DNA of 64,000 bases from Glaucostegus cemiculus. Taxonomy: Eukaryota. This document shows, in pieces, positions 13,951-26,624 of this stretch. Position 1 is the first letter of the stretch. The number at the start of each line of letters is the position of its first letter. A model generated the notes under the pieces. That model had not been told where the DNA came from and ran no database searches. It was given only the letters and a program-made list of their open reading frames with translations. The DNA lies in assembly GCA_976551045.1 (NCBI GenBank), contig CDPCPM010000418.1:5456001-5520000 (forward strand), given 5' to 3'. The position numbers were made by a program, and so were the translations under genes.

Positions 13951-14399
13951 CCTATTGGGTCCCAAACCCTTCATTGGGACGTTCCATACCTGAAATGTTA
14001 ACTGTTTCTCTGCTCACAGATGCTGCCTGACCTTCTGAGTGCTTCCAGCACTTTGCTTTTTATTTCAGATTCCCAGCATCTGCAGTTTTTATGATTTTCA
14101 CCAATGAAGCTAGGTTTATCATTGAGAGACAATCAACAAAACTAGTTCAAATTTTTAAACTAAAATAATTCTTACTCCCTAGGTCACTTGCTGGGCTTTA
14201 TATATACAGGATTGGAGTTGGCTCTGCAAATGTTCAGATATGTTCACTGCCAAGTTTTATATATTTCAAGAAAGCTGCTTTAAATAGATGTCCTTTTAAG
14301 TTCAGAAAAAAATGCATTTCACTTTTCCCAGGAATGTGCTTGGCACAGTCAGTCATGTAAATCCCACTGTGTTTTTAATATATAAAAAATTCTAGTTTC

Positions 14400-14665
14400 T
14401 AGTTCCACTTTGAAGTTTGAGTACAAAAGTACAGGTTGACACTCTTGGTACATTACTGAGGGAGCGTTACACTGTCAGAGTTGCTGCCTTTTGGGTGACA
14501 TTCTAAATTGAGGCTCCATCCAGCACCTCAGGTTAAGGTAGAAGATCACGCTGGAATATGTGAGCAACAGCAGGGGAGCTATCTCCAGTATCTTAATCAA
14601 TATTTGTTCCCCAACCTACATCTGAAAGCAGATTATCTGGTTGTTTTCAAAGCGTTGTTTGTGTC
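14400..14665 (+). mobile_element. Ancient SINE with Deu-domain-like core (SacSINE/AmnSINE-like); related copies at about 60940-61165 (+), 9355-9680 (-), 59830-60190 (-)
   Basis: ggttgacactcttggtacattactgagggagcgttacactgtcagagttgctgccttttgggtgacattctaaattgaggc, recognised from memory of the Deu-SINE core and repeated within the window. Confidence 0.5.
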
Positions 14666-16179
14666 AGCTCGCTATTTATCTATCTACCTATTTATTTATT
14701 TATTTACAGTGTGGTAACAGGCCCTTTCGGCTCTCCGAGTCCATGCCGCCCATTTTAAACCCCCTAATTAACCTACCCGTACGTCTTTCAGACGTCTTTT
14801 TTGTACGTCTTTTGCTATGAGCATATAGTTTCCAAATAGTTAAAGTGCCTAGTTTTGAAAAGTAGTTCTGTGGTCTATGCATAGGCAACCGCCACCATGA
14901 AAGTTGTCCAACCTGCAGTTGTTGCAAAACACAAACTATATCACATATCGGCAATGACTCCATCCATTAGTGGTGGACTACAAGAACTCCTCATGATTAC
15001 AAAAGACTCTAATTTTGTGGCTCGGTTTTAACATCAACTAAAAACACTTCATTAGTTGTAAAGTACCCAAGGATGAACTGAAGCAGTGAAATCTCCACAT
15101 GAATATACTTATTTTTCTTTCCACAGCATTGTAGGAACACAGGTAGGTTCCTAGTTAGCCTTACTGTAAATTGAAGCTGCTGATCACATGATTCAGGAGG
15201 TTCTAATATTTAATGCTGTCTGAGCTCTACTAATCATTTAGCAAATGTTAAAAATTCAGATAGTTGAATGATTCGGGCAAATGGATAGCATTTGCAAATA
15301 CCTCAGTTCTAAATTTCACAAATTAATTTCTAGCACTTTGGCTGCCAAGGGAAGTGCAGTGTATGAAAGAATATTGCACTAATCAGATTTTTATTTTAGT
15401 ACATATTCAAGCGTTGTCCCGCCATCACCAGATTCTTTCTCTCCATCCCAACACAATCCATGTCCCACAGCCAAGTAACCCAAAGCACATCTGCTTTCTC
15501 AGCTAAATCTGCTGTCTCAGCCAAATCTCCTTGTATTCCAGAATCATCCTGAAATGTTGTGATATCCATTGGCTGTTGCAAACTGCCTTCATAAATCCCC
15601 TTTCCCCTGATACTTTCACTCTTATTTGCAACAATGTCTGGAGTTCCTAGATTTCTTTGTCATTAAAATTGAGACTAAGCAACTGCCTTATCCACCTCCT
15701 CAAATCAAAGAGTAAGACAATCCCCTGCCCTGGCTCTGAACTTGCACCTTCTGCTAGTTTCCATTTTATCTTCCCAGCCCCATTCCTTTTCCATGATCAC
15801 CACCTCCTGACCCCACAGCCCTACTCCTCCTAATCTACTAACTATACAACTTCCCTTCTCAGCTCCCATGTCAACTGATGTGTTAATTGTTCTGTTTCAT
15901 CAAGTACTTTCTCCTGCTCCTCAAAACAACCTTTGATCGTTCTCTTTTAGCAAACAACTGTCCCATCTTCAAACTCCCTTTCCTCCAAAATTCTTTGCCT
16001 GCCAAATCCACATCCACCTTTTCTGCAACTCATTGTTTGAAACGCTCCAGTCAGGTTTCTGCCATTGCCACCGTACCAGAGTGGTTCTTTTCATCTGTGA
16101 GCTTATCTGTAGTAAACCACTTCACTCCCCCCCCACCCCCATCCTTCTCAATCAGACCACTGTCTTTAACACGAAGAAG

Positions 16180-16470
16180 ATGAGATAAAATCTTTATTAG
16201 TCACATGTACATCAAAACCCACAGTGAAATACAGCTTTTTGTGTAGTGATTTTGGGGGGTAGCCCGCATGTGTTGCCACACTTCCAGTGCCAGTATGACA
16301 TGCCCATAACTTCCTAACCTGTAGGTCTTTGGAATGTGGGAGGAAACCAGAGCACCCAGAGGAAACCCACACAGACACGGGGAGAACGTACAAACCCCTC
16401 ACAGGCTGGCCAGATTTGAATCCGTGTCTCTGGCGCTGTAAAGCGTTATGCTAAGCACTATGGTACTGTG
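16180..16470 (-). mobile_element. V-SINE with a different (Rex1-like) tail, inserted in an old L2-like fragment (about 15750-16900)
   Basis: Same head and V-domain; 3' part is gcatgtcatactggcactggaagtgtggcaacac…tttcactgtgggttttgatgtacatgtgactaataaaga. Confidence 0.8.
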
Positions 16471-17069
16471 CACACTAACCTCCGGCAATGCATCTTTTCT
16501 ATTATCCATCTCCCTCAGCTGCTCTGCTGCTGAAATCCCCATCCAAGACTTTTGTTATCGTTAGACTCTACAATTCCAACACACTCAGTCTGGGCTTCCA
16601 TTTCTACTCCCCATAAATACAAGGATATCCAAAACTTTCTGTGCCCTTAACCACACTGTTGTTCATCCTTTACCCCTGTGCTCACAGCTCTAGGAAGGTA
16701 ACAGCCTGTAAACATCTGCTTTGTGTTTTCAAATCCCTCCATGGCCTTGTTCCTCCCTATCTCTGTATCCACAGCCACCCTACAATCCTTTGAGGTATCT
16801 GCACTGGTACAATTCTGGCCTCTACCATTATTTCCTCCTCCTCCTTAAGATATACCCCTCTGATCAAAGTTTTTGGTTATGATGCTGGATACAATATTTG
16901 ATCATGGTTCCTGAGTAAAATCTTGGAGTGTTAATGACATTCTAGAAGTATGAGTTGTTGTCAACTGTTAAACACTCACAGCTTCTACTCCCTCCGCTAC
17001 TAGTATGTCGCATCTACAAAATACTCTGCTACAATTCCCCAAGGCTTCTTTAGCAGTGCAGACGACATG

Positions 17070-17910
17070 AAATTAGGAGGTGCTTTTGATGGTTAAGAAG
17101 GTTATTGTAGATTACAGGGGATCTTGATTAGTTAGGGAGGTGGGCTGAGGAGTTTCAATACAGATAAGTTTGGGGTGATGTATTTTGGAAAGTCAAACCA
17201 GTGTAGGACTTGTACTATGAATGGTAGGGTGCTCGGGAGTGTAATGGAACAGGAACCTAGGAGTACAAATGCATAGTTTGCCACAGGTAGACGGGGTGAT
17301 GAGGAAGGCATTGAGCACACTGGCCTTCATCGGTCAGGGTCTTGAGTACAGGACTTAGGAGGTTACTTTGCAGTTGTATAAGTCATTGAAGCTGTACTTG
17401 GAGATCTATGTACAGTTTTGCTCACCCTGTTATAGGACGTGATTAAACTGGAAAGAGTGCAGGAAAGATTTACCAGGATGTTGCCAGGACTGGAGGGCCT
17501 GAGTTATAGGTAGAGGTTGGCCAGGTCTTTACTCCTTGGAACATAGAATGAGGGGTGACCTTACAAAGGTGTTTAAAATTATGAGAGGCATAGATAAGGT
17601 GGATGGTAACGGTCTTTTCCCTGGGGGAGGGGAGTCCAAAACTTTGGAGCATAGGTTTAGGGTGAGGGGGAAAGCTTTAAAAGGGACCTGAGTGGCAACT
17701 TTTTCACACAGAGGGTGGTGAGTAAATGGAGCGAGCTGCCAGAGTTGATGCAGGTACAGTAGTATCATTTAAGAAGCACTTGGATAGTTACGTGGAGGGG
17801 CAGGACTTAGAGGGACATGGCTGAATGCAGGAAATTAGGACTAGCTGGGTGGGCACAGTGGTCAGCATGGACTGGTTGGGCCGAAGAGCCTGTATCCGTG
17901 CTGTATTACT
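17070..17910 (+). mobile_element. Degenerate CR1 LINE 3' fragment
   Basis: Nucleotide similarity to 53580-54445 (ttttcacacagagggtggtg, gggccgaagagcctgtatccgtgctgta). Confidence 0.85.
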
Positions 17911-19339
17911 CACTCTAACAAAGCCTTTCAAACCCACAACCTCTGCCATATGGGAGGAGCACTGCAGGAACCACCAATGACAAGAACCCTTCCAAGCTCC
18001 ACGCCATATTGACTTGCCAGTATATTGTGGTTCCTTCACTGGGATCAAGTCAAAATCCTGGAATTTCCTATTCTGTAATATCCTGGAAGTACCTTCGTAT
18101 GGAATGCTGCGATTCAAGAGACTGAGCTCATTTCAAATTGCTCTGAGAAGGTGGTTGAGCAAAGTGTTGGCCTTCTTAGTGAAACCCACACCTCATGAAT
18201 AAATAAAACACTACAGCCTCATGCAGTTAGTTTCCTAATGACTGGTTGCCCAAGTGGTGAGTCTTCCTGTGTAGACTTAGACTGTTTCTGTTGATGGGTG
18301 TTTTGATGTGGATGCCACGAATTTACCTTAGTATTGTCTTCACTCAATAACCACTTGATATGTGCAACTTTTCCAACAAGAGAATCACCATGCCTTGTCT
18401 AAGTAGGAAGAGTTTGGCTTCAGGGGACTAACTCCTGGTATCTTTCCAAGTTTTCCTGAGCTGGGCAGTATTCCCAGCCCAGTGAGTAGTGAGGTGAAAA
18501 ACTCAAGCCCTCAGCCTAGGTCTGTCCCTAAGAAACATACTGGAACAAGTTGATTAACTTTTTTTTTAACTATTCTGTGCCAGGAGTGCCTAACACTTAG
18601 TCCCCTCAAATAACTGCTGGCGATCAGGAACTCACCATGCAGAGGTATTTGATTCACAGCTATGGCTAACACCTGATGGCTTGTCATCTGTGCTGCTATC
18701 TTGCCAGGGAGGAACAGTAGCTTTAACAAATCAACTCGAGTTTATTGTCTATGCACAAGTACAGTGAGGTACAAGTACAATGAAAAACTTGCTTGTATGC
18801 ATTCAGACAACGTGCAGAACATAAATTATACAAGATAGTGAAGAAACAAAGTGGGCAAAACAAGACATGAATGCATAAGAGCACAATGGGAGATAAGTCC
18901 ATGGTAGTGTTCCGTTGCTGAGGTAGGGTTAGGGTTGTGCAGGTCAGTTCAAAAACCTGATGGTTGAACAGGGTGTTGGCTTCTCCTTTTAAATGCAGCT
19001 CCTTCAGGCAGCCACTGAGCGCAGTCAGTTATTTCTGGAATTCTGACTCAAGTGTTTATTTCAAAGCCAGATCACGTGCCTTGCATTTAATATGTTCTTG
19101 TCTTCATTTTTAAGAGTTTTCTAACATTCAGGCAAATCGATTGAAACCCCATTAAAATCTACAGCAGAATCCTTTCTGAGGCGATGTGTCTCAGATTCTG
19201 ATCCTTCCCGGCACTCTTCAATGAATAAGTCTGGTGGCCAAGAGAACTAAAGGTTGCCTTTTACAGATCACAAATAACCTCAACTGTGCAGATAGATAAC
19301 GGCTGAGAACTTCACCCACTGCTTCACGGGATCCACCAA

Positions 19340-19515
19340 CAGAGCTCCACCCTTTCCACCTCTATCCCAGTGCCTACTCCTACTATACTCCCAGAGGTCC
19401 GGTCTCAGCGTCTACTGCTCCCAAAGGCATGCTTCACTCCATTATGCTCCGCTCCACTCCACTCCACCCTGGAGCTTCAGTTCAGAGTCCACTGCTCCAG
19501 GAGTCCACTCCACCA
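19340..19515. repeat. Degenerate (CTCCA/CCACT)n low-complexity tract
   Basis: gctccactccactccacc, gagtccactgctcc and gagtccactccacc recur. Confidence 0.6.
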
Positions 19516-20079
19516 TTAACACCAGTGTTCTGATTTGCTCCTGCTGCCAAGTTCTTCTGGCTCAGCAACTGGGAACCTGTGATATTGAGGTCATCGAGGA
19601 GCATTGATGCCTCTAATTGACTTCATTGTCACTGTTAGAAAATTAGCTAAGATTCTTGTCCACCTCCTCACCATAACATCTAACAGCGTCTTATGATCTG
19701 ATGACCCTGATATCTGTCCTAAGTTTGGCTTTTACACGGTTGAATCCCTTATTTTGGTTGCATGATTTCTAGACCTCTATATACTTCCACACAGTCATGT
19801 ATCCTGCAGGCTGATGCTTTCCAGGCTCAGTACTCAATCGCTCCAAATCTTGGGAACAACCTGTGGCTTTCCCCTGAATTTCCCCCAGAACCAAATTCTA
19901 CTCCTGTACAAAATTAAAATGGAAATTCTAGGAAAGACTCTACAGCTGAGGGAAGATCTATGGACAGGGAAACAGTTATTATTTCAAGTTGAAGATCTAT
20001 CATCATTTAATGTCATGTTAGCTCAGTTTTTCACTCTCCACAGATGCTGCTTTACCTGCTGGGTGGCTCCAGCTTTCCC

Positions 20080-20346
20080 TTTACAGTGCCAGTGACCTAG
20101 GTTCAATTCCGCCCGCCGTCTGTAAGGAGTTTGTAATTTCTCCCCATGTCTGCATGGGTTGGAATCCGGGTGCTCCGGTTTCCTTCCACATTCCAAAGAC
20201 ATACGGGTTAGGAAGTTGTGGGCATGCTATGTTGGCGCCGGAAGTGTGGCGACATTTGCGGGCTGTCCCCCAGAACACTCTACATTCAGATGCATTTCAC
20301 TGTGTGTTTCGATGTACATGTGACTAATCAACATATCTTTATCTTC
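20080..20346 (+). mobile_element. V-SINE, same subfamily as 16180-16470
   Basis: ttacagtgccagtgacctagggttcaattcc…ggtttccttccacattcc…tttcactgtgtgtttcgatgtacatgtgactaatc. Confidence 0.8.
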
Positions 20347-20999
20347 TGTGGCTCACAGTTCCAGCAATCTCATTCATCTCCCTGTATTTGCATCTCCTTC
20401 AGGCAGACCTGCTGTGATTAACGTGCCTTTGCCACCCCCTCACAGCCAGCACCCACACCACATGTGTCATTCAGTTCCCTTGGTCTCCACCCCAACACAA
20501 ACATTCCTTTTGTTCTGTCCACTCTCCTCCTCCTACAGCTTAAAGCATGCTTGTTTTATCATCTTTCTCGATGCTGACGAAAGGTCATTGACCTGAAATA
20601 CTACTTCTGTTCTGTCCACGGATGCTGCCTGACCTGCTGAGTGTTTCTAGCATTTCCTGTTTTTATTTCAGAGTTGCAGCATCTGCAGTTTTTGTTTGTT
20701 TTTGAGCACCAGATTTTTCACCTTCATGTGAAATTATTTCTGTGCCACGTACTGAGCACTTGGTGAAGCCTCTGTTTTCTTTCCTGTACATAGAATACAT
20801 TACAACTTAGAGCTTTAGCACAAATTTTCATCTGCCATTGTTCCATCCATTTATATATTTCTCATCAATTCATTTCAAACTTCACGAATGGTCTTTACAT
20901 TCACTGCCCTTAATCCACTTGTGTTAACCTTTGCTGATGATGCCATTTGCTTTTTTTCCCCACATGGTGCAGGGGTTTCATTCTTCTTGTTCTTCTCAT

Positions 21000-21660
21000 T
21001 CCACTTCTTTCCACGTGGGGTCAAGGGTAACTTGCTTCCACTCCGTGGGTTCTGAAGTGAATGAAGGATCTGCAGGTAGGACAGGTGCTCGTCGAAGGTA
21101 CAGGTGGATGGTTTGTCTGGAATGTTGTCTCCTGTTTTCACTGTTCATGCACGGCAACTCCTTGCCCCCCCCGAACACTCATTTTCCATTTTGAGCAATC
21201 CAAAGTGAGGGGTGTACATGAGTCGGGAGGGTGTTACATTTATTTCACGGAGGCTTTGAGAACATCCTTAGTGCATTTCCTCTGTCCTCCTGGAAATCTC
21301 TTTCCATGGTGGAGCTCAGAATGCCTGATTTGGGGGGGGGGGGGGGTGACTGGTGTCAGACATGTCGACAATGTGGCCCATCCACTGGGGCTGGTTATGT
21401 GTCATCAGACACCGAGAATATTGGCCTTGGAGAGGAGGCTGATGTTGGCTCACTTACCGAGCCCAGACACTGGTACTTCTCCATGACCGAGGGGTGCTGG
21501 GTTGTGCACATCTCTGAGGCAAGAGTGCTGTGATCGGGGGTGCTCGACAGATCATGAACTTAGGGCTGGGTTTGAGGTCAGCCTTTGAACGCACTTTTTC
21601 TCTGTTGGCCAGGAGCCATGCTGCTGTATTGGAGTTGTCCACACTGGGCATGGAGCAAAA
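21000..21660 (-). mobile_element. Degenerate RTE-clade LINE 3' fragment
   Basis: Minus strand reads W.GHIV.M.D…SELHHGKRFPGGQRK..KDVLKAS, matching the RTE ORF C-terminal motif. Confidence 0.75.
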
Positions 21661-21689
21661 ACAAGGCATGGCAGAGACGAGAGACTTGG

Positions 21690-22300
21690 TGCAGAGTAGG
21701 CAATGTCATAGAAAGCATCCTGTCCAGATACAGCACAGCTCGGTATGGCAACAGCTCCGCCCAAGAATGCAAAAAATTGCAGAGTTGTGAATGTAGCCGA
21801 GTCCATCACTGAAACCTGCCTCCCCTCCACGGACTCGGTCTACTCTCCCTGCTACCTCGGGGAGAGCAGCCAATGTAATCAAAGACCCCTCCCACCCCAA
21901 TCATTCTCTCTTCTTCCCCACCCACCACCACCAGCTCCACCTACCCACCCCCCCCCCCCGCCCTCCCCATTGGTCAGAAGATACAAAAGCTTAAGAACAC
22001 GCAGCGCCAGGCCAAAGGCCAGCTTCTATCCCACCGTTATCCGAGGCTTGAGTGGACCTCTTGTATGATAAAGATGAGCTCTTGATCTCACAATCTACCT
22101 TGTCGTGGCCCTTGCACCTTATTGTCTAACTTCACTGCACTTTCTGTATAGCTGTAACACTCTATTCTGCATTCTGTTATTGTTTTCCTTTTGTATTACC
22201 TTAGTGTACTTGTGTGTGGAATGATCTGTCAGGGTGGCATACGAAACAAAACTTTTCACTGTATCTCAGTTCATGTGACAACAATAAACCAATTACCAGT
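21690..22300 (+). mobile_element. Rex1-like LINE 3' fragment
   Basis: IESILS…WYG-like motif, RRYKSLRTRSAR.KASFYPTVIR, and the same 3' UTR and tail. Confidence 0.85.
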
Positions 22301-22950
22301 TGACGGGGCAGAGGTAAGGGTCTGAACACAAGGAGTAGAGAATGGGTATGGATCAGAGGGACAGGGTGGAGAACATCTCTCTTGTCAAACTCTCTAGAAC
22401 CTTGTATGTTTCAGTGACACTGGAAATAGAATGGGGATAATGTCCTTAAAATAGGTCCTGTGAGGTCTTAGTCATCCGTCAGTGAAGAAGGGAGGAGAAT
22501 TATTGCATCTCAAGTGTCACTGACATGTTGACAGGAAGGACTGCAGGATGACGTGGTGGGAACAATAAACAACAGAAGGAAAAGAATAACTTTGATGCTA
22601 AGATTATATTAACAAAAAATCTACTGGAATTATTTAAATGAATATCAGGAGCAGCATGCAGTCCTAACAATGTTTCAAAGCAAGTTATTGGTGATGAGTA
22701 GTGGGGGTTATGTATGCTGCTTCCGTTATGGATCGCTTTCTGTTCACTAATGGACATTAATGGGCTGCTGGGCTTGTAATTGGCACAAATGGATGGAAAC
22801 TAAGGTAAATAAAAGCACTTGGCAAATCAGCATCTCATACAACAGAACAGGCTTTATGGGGGCTTTGTTGTGCATTCATTTTATTAGTGTTGCTCAAACT
22901 TCTGTAATTAGACAGAATCCGGTAAAAGGAGAACACAGAGGAGAGCAGCA

Positions 22951-23470
22951 GAGTACAGTCAGAATTGGTGACTGCTGGTTCCGCTGTGCACACCGTCAGA
23001 GTACAGTCAGAGTTGGTGACTGCTAGTTCAGCTGTGCACACCGTCAGAGTGCAGTCAGAGTTGGTGACTGCTAGTTCAGCTGTGCACACCGTCAGAGTAC
23101 AGTCAGAGTTGGTGACTGCTAGTTCAGCTGTGCACACCGTCAGAGTACAGTCAGAGTTGGTAACTGCTGGTTCAACTGTGCACACCATCAGAGTACAGTC
23201 AGAGTTGGTGACTGCTAGTTTAGCTGTGCACACTGTCAGAGTATAGTCAGAATTGGTGACTGCTGGTTCAACTGTGCACACCGTCAGAGTACAGTCAGAG
23301 TTGGTGACTGCTGGTTCAACTGTGCACACCGTCAGAGTACAGTCAGAGTTGGTGACTGCTAGTTCAGCTGTGCACACTGTCAGAGTGCAGTCAGAGTTGG
23401 TGACTGCTGGTTCAGCTGTGCACACTGTCAGTCAGAGTTGGTCACTGATGGTTTAACTGTGTTCACACCA
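22951..23470. repeat. Minisatellite, 48-bp unit, about 10.5 copies
   Basis: Unit gagtacagtcagagttggtgactgctrgttcarctgtgcacaccgtca repeats head-to-tail; 16-aa periodicity in ORFs on both strands. Confidence 0.97.
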
Positions 23471-24639
23471 TTAGAACAGGGAGGCCATTGAGCCAAGAGA
23501 TTGCTGTCATCTGACTATTGCTTCCCTCAGGTTACTTATGGAACAGTTCTGTTCATGCCAACTGGCTGTGCAGCTCAGCACCAGGTTAATAACCATATAC
23601 CACCACGACAGGTTTCCATTCATAACCCTGACTGGCAGCAAATGAAAACCAGTTACTAGACTGGACTCAGGGCAGAAGGCAAATGCTGGACCTGGGGAAA
23701 AACTGGATCAGAGCAGAGTTAAGGGGCAGAGTGGGGAGCAGTGTAGATTTACAGTAGAGAGTGGGCAGAGAGCAGAAACTGGTCTTAGAGCAGACCACTA
23801 ACTGGACATGCAGAGAGCAGAAACTGGGTATGGGGCAGAGAGCAGAGGCTGGCATGACAGAGACTAGAGGTTTAACAGGGAGTAGAGAACCATGAACTCC
23901 CTCAAAATGCTCCCCATCCCTCCATCCCTCCCTCCAACACCAAAGGACGCTAAGTGTACAAAAATGCACCAGCACTTTAAGTATCCAATGACTGCTGCAT
24001 CAGTACGTTCATTCTAAGAATGTTTTATTCAAGTCTCTTCTTAATGCAGTTCCAATGTCGTTAATGTCTTTCTGTCTTTGTGTCTCTCATTGTTTTTAAT
24101 GTGACCAGCACCTTGATCTGTGGAGTACGGTATTTCGCTCCCATGCATGCTGAATGTGTATATGGAAGTGACAATAAAACTGATTCTGTGAATGGTATGG
24201 GACAGAGATTGCTTTTGATTTATTATTGTCACATGCACTGAGATACAGTGAAAAGCTTTTATTTTGCATACCATTCAGACAGATCATGCCACACGTAATT
24301 ACATCAAGGAAGTTCAAAGGAAATAGGATACAGATAAAAGACTGAACACAAGGATCAGAGAATTGGTGTAGAGAGCAGAAAGTATCCGAGCTGTTAGTCC
24401 TGCATGGTGTCGGACTTCTTGAGAGTTGTTGGCATTGCACTCATCCAGGTTATAGGTGAGTAGATGCTGCTTGATCGCTCTGACCATAACAGCTTCCATT
24501 ACCTTGATGACTGAAAGTAGACTGACTTGGTCGTAGTTTCGCTGGATTGAATTTGTCCTGCTTGTTTCAACAGTATAGACTCGGGCAATTTTAAACATTG
24601 TCAGGTAGATGCCAATACAGTTATATCTGTGAGAGAAGA

Positions 24640-24900
24640 GGAACAAAGCACTGCAGATGCTGGAATCTAGATGAAAAACACGATGATGCTGGAGGAACTC
24701 AGCAGGTCAAGCAGCATCTGTGGAGAAAAGCAGGCAGTCAATATTTCTGGTCAGGACCCTTCTTCAGGACTGAAGATAGGAAAAGGGGAAGCCTAATATA
24801 TAGGAGGGAAAAGTAGAGCAGTGATAGGTGGACAAAAAAAGGGAGGTGGGGCGGGCACAGCGTGGTGATAGGTAGATGCAGGCACAGTGACACGATAGCA
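24640..24900 (-). mobile_element. Penelope-like pLTR fragment
   Basis: tgcagatgctggaatc…gaactcagcaggtcaagcagcatctgtggag…acccttcttcaggactg; the reverse complement carries CUGAAGA…GAAA. Confidence 0.72.
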
Positions 24901-26361
24901 CAGCTAGTAGAAGTCACTGCCTCACAAGGCCAGAGACTGTTTTCCTCCCACATCCCAAAGGTGTGGTTTGGTGGGTTAATTGGCCATCGTAGTTTTCCCC
25001 GCGTGTGTAGGTGAGTGGTAGAATCTGGGGGAGGTGACGAGAATTTAAAAGCTATAGGATTTGGGTAAATTTGGTGAAAGTCAGGGCCTGTTGTATCTCC
25101 CTATAAACCACATTATGAACAATGGCCATGAAACAATGGCCTGCACACATTAATGAAGAATGGGAAGAATTGTGCCTAATCAGAGAAGGAGGAGGTGAGA
25201 ATTATATTCAGGGTCATAAAGTTTCATCAGTTGTTGTCAGGCAGACTCTGCATGCTGGTTACCAAGTTCAAAATGCTGTTGGCCATTCCTGGACTCATCC
25301 ACATTTCCCACAACAGTGGCCTCAAGAATATTGTGGTGGCTGTACTTTATTCTAAATGCTTATGACATTGCATATTCAGATACAATGGATGCATTATCAT
25401 GATTGCTGTATGAAAATGCTGACACAAATTTAGAAACTAATGATGTAATGGATGTTAGGGGATGACTTCTCTCTACCACAGTAGAAATAGTAAGACAAAC
25501 AGGAGTACACTTTGAGTGGCTGGATTGACTTGAATCCATGTTTGGATGAGAACGTAAATCCTGTGGATCACAAATGTTACAAGCAGTCTACAAATCGGGG
25601 CTGCTTCAAATGGAGTCGTAGAACAATTCTACCTAAAGGATGGGTGGAAGGAAAAAAATCAGAAGAGCCTTTGAGCATTGTTAGCAGGAAGGAGTAGCAA
25701 CTTGTAGCCTTGTAAATTGGCCAAGGACAGACAGGAGTCTGGATGAGCTTGTGGCAGATCTACAATTGTGTACAGACACAGCACCACTTTAGGTGTAGAA
25801 GTCACTCATGGGACCATTCCTGAAAGCCCACATCGAATGCTGTGAGGGAGGTATTGGAAATGACACCTTTGAGGGGTCACACTATGGATGCCACACCAAC
25901 ATCTGCTGGGACTCCAAGGTCAACAGAAGTAAAACTGATACAGTTCAGAAGTTGAAAAGAATTTGAAGACTAGTAGATTGGTTAACAATGTAAATGTTAT
26001 TAACTTAGTTTCCCTCTTTGTATGGAAGTGTATGTGTGACGGTATCATTGTGTGAGAGTGCACTGTCTAAGATGAACATTGAATTCTTAAACCTCTCTTT
26101 TTCCCGTGCAGAACCTGCAAGTTATCAAATTAAGAATTCACAAGAGTCCTTATTTTATAAGCACAAGTTGGAAAACTGAAGCCAGGTGCAGAGAAGTAAG
26201 CAGAGGACTGGGAAAAAATGGGAAAGGCTGATCAATTCTCAAGGGAGGAATGAGTCACAGGGTTGGTCAAACAGCAGTGTTACTCTGGTGCCACCTATCA
26301 GACATTGACTGAACAGCAGTACTGAGCTAAAGAATGGGTGATGTTAAGGAAAAAAACTTTC

Positions 26362-26399
26362 CAATCCTGATGAAAGGTCTCAACCTGAAACGTCGACTG
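26362..26399 (+). ncRNA. Minimal type I hammerhead ribozyme-like motif (Penelope-associated)
   Basis: CAATC-CUGAUGA-A-AGGU(CUCA)ACCU-GAAA-CGUC-GACUG: conserved core boxes, 4-bp helix II, palindromic ACGU in place of helix III, helix I with one mismatch. Confidence 0.6.
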
Positions 26400-26624
26400 T
26401 CACACAGAATACTGACTTGAAAGTACAAATCCATCCTTCATCTTCACTGGGTCTAAATCCTGCAGTTTCTAACTCAACAACACGTTGTGAGTACCTTCAC
26501 CACAAGGGCTGAAATGTTCAAAGGTGATGTCTCGTCATTGTCTTTGTATGGGCTATTAGGGATTAGTAATAAGCACTGATTTACCACAGCCATTAGTGCT
26601 AACGGTGCTTTAACTGTTATGGAC

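Noticed and set aside
22835-23456. 196-aa and 93-aa repetitive ORFs, and a possible CRISPR-like array
   Set aside because: Units are contiguous with no unique spacers and the context is eukaryotic; the ORFs follow from a 48-bp (multiple of 3) unit lacking stops.
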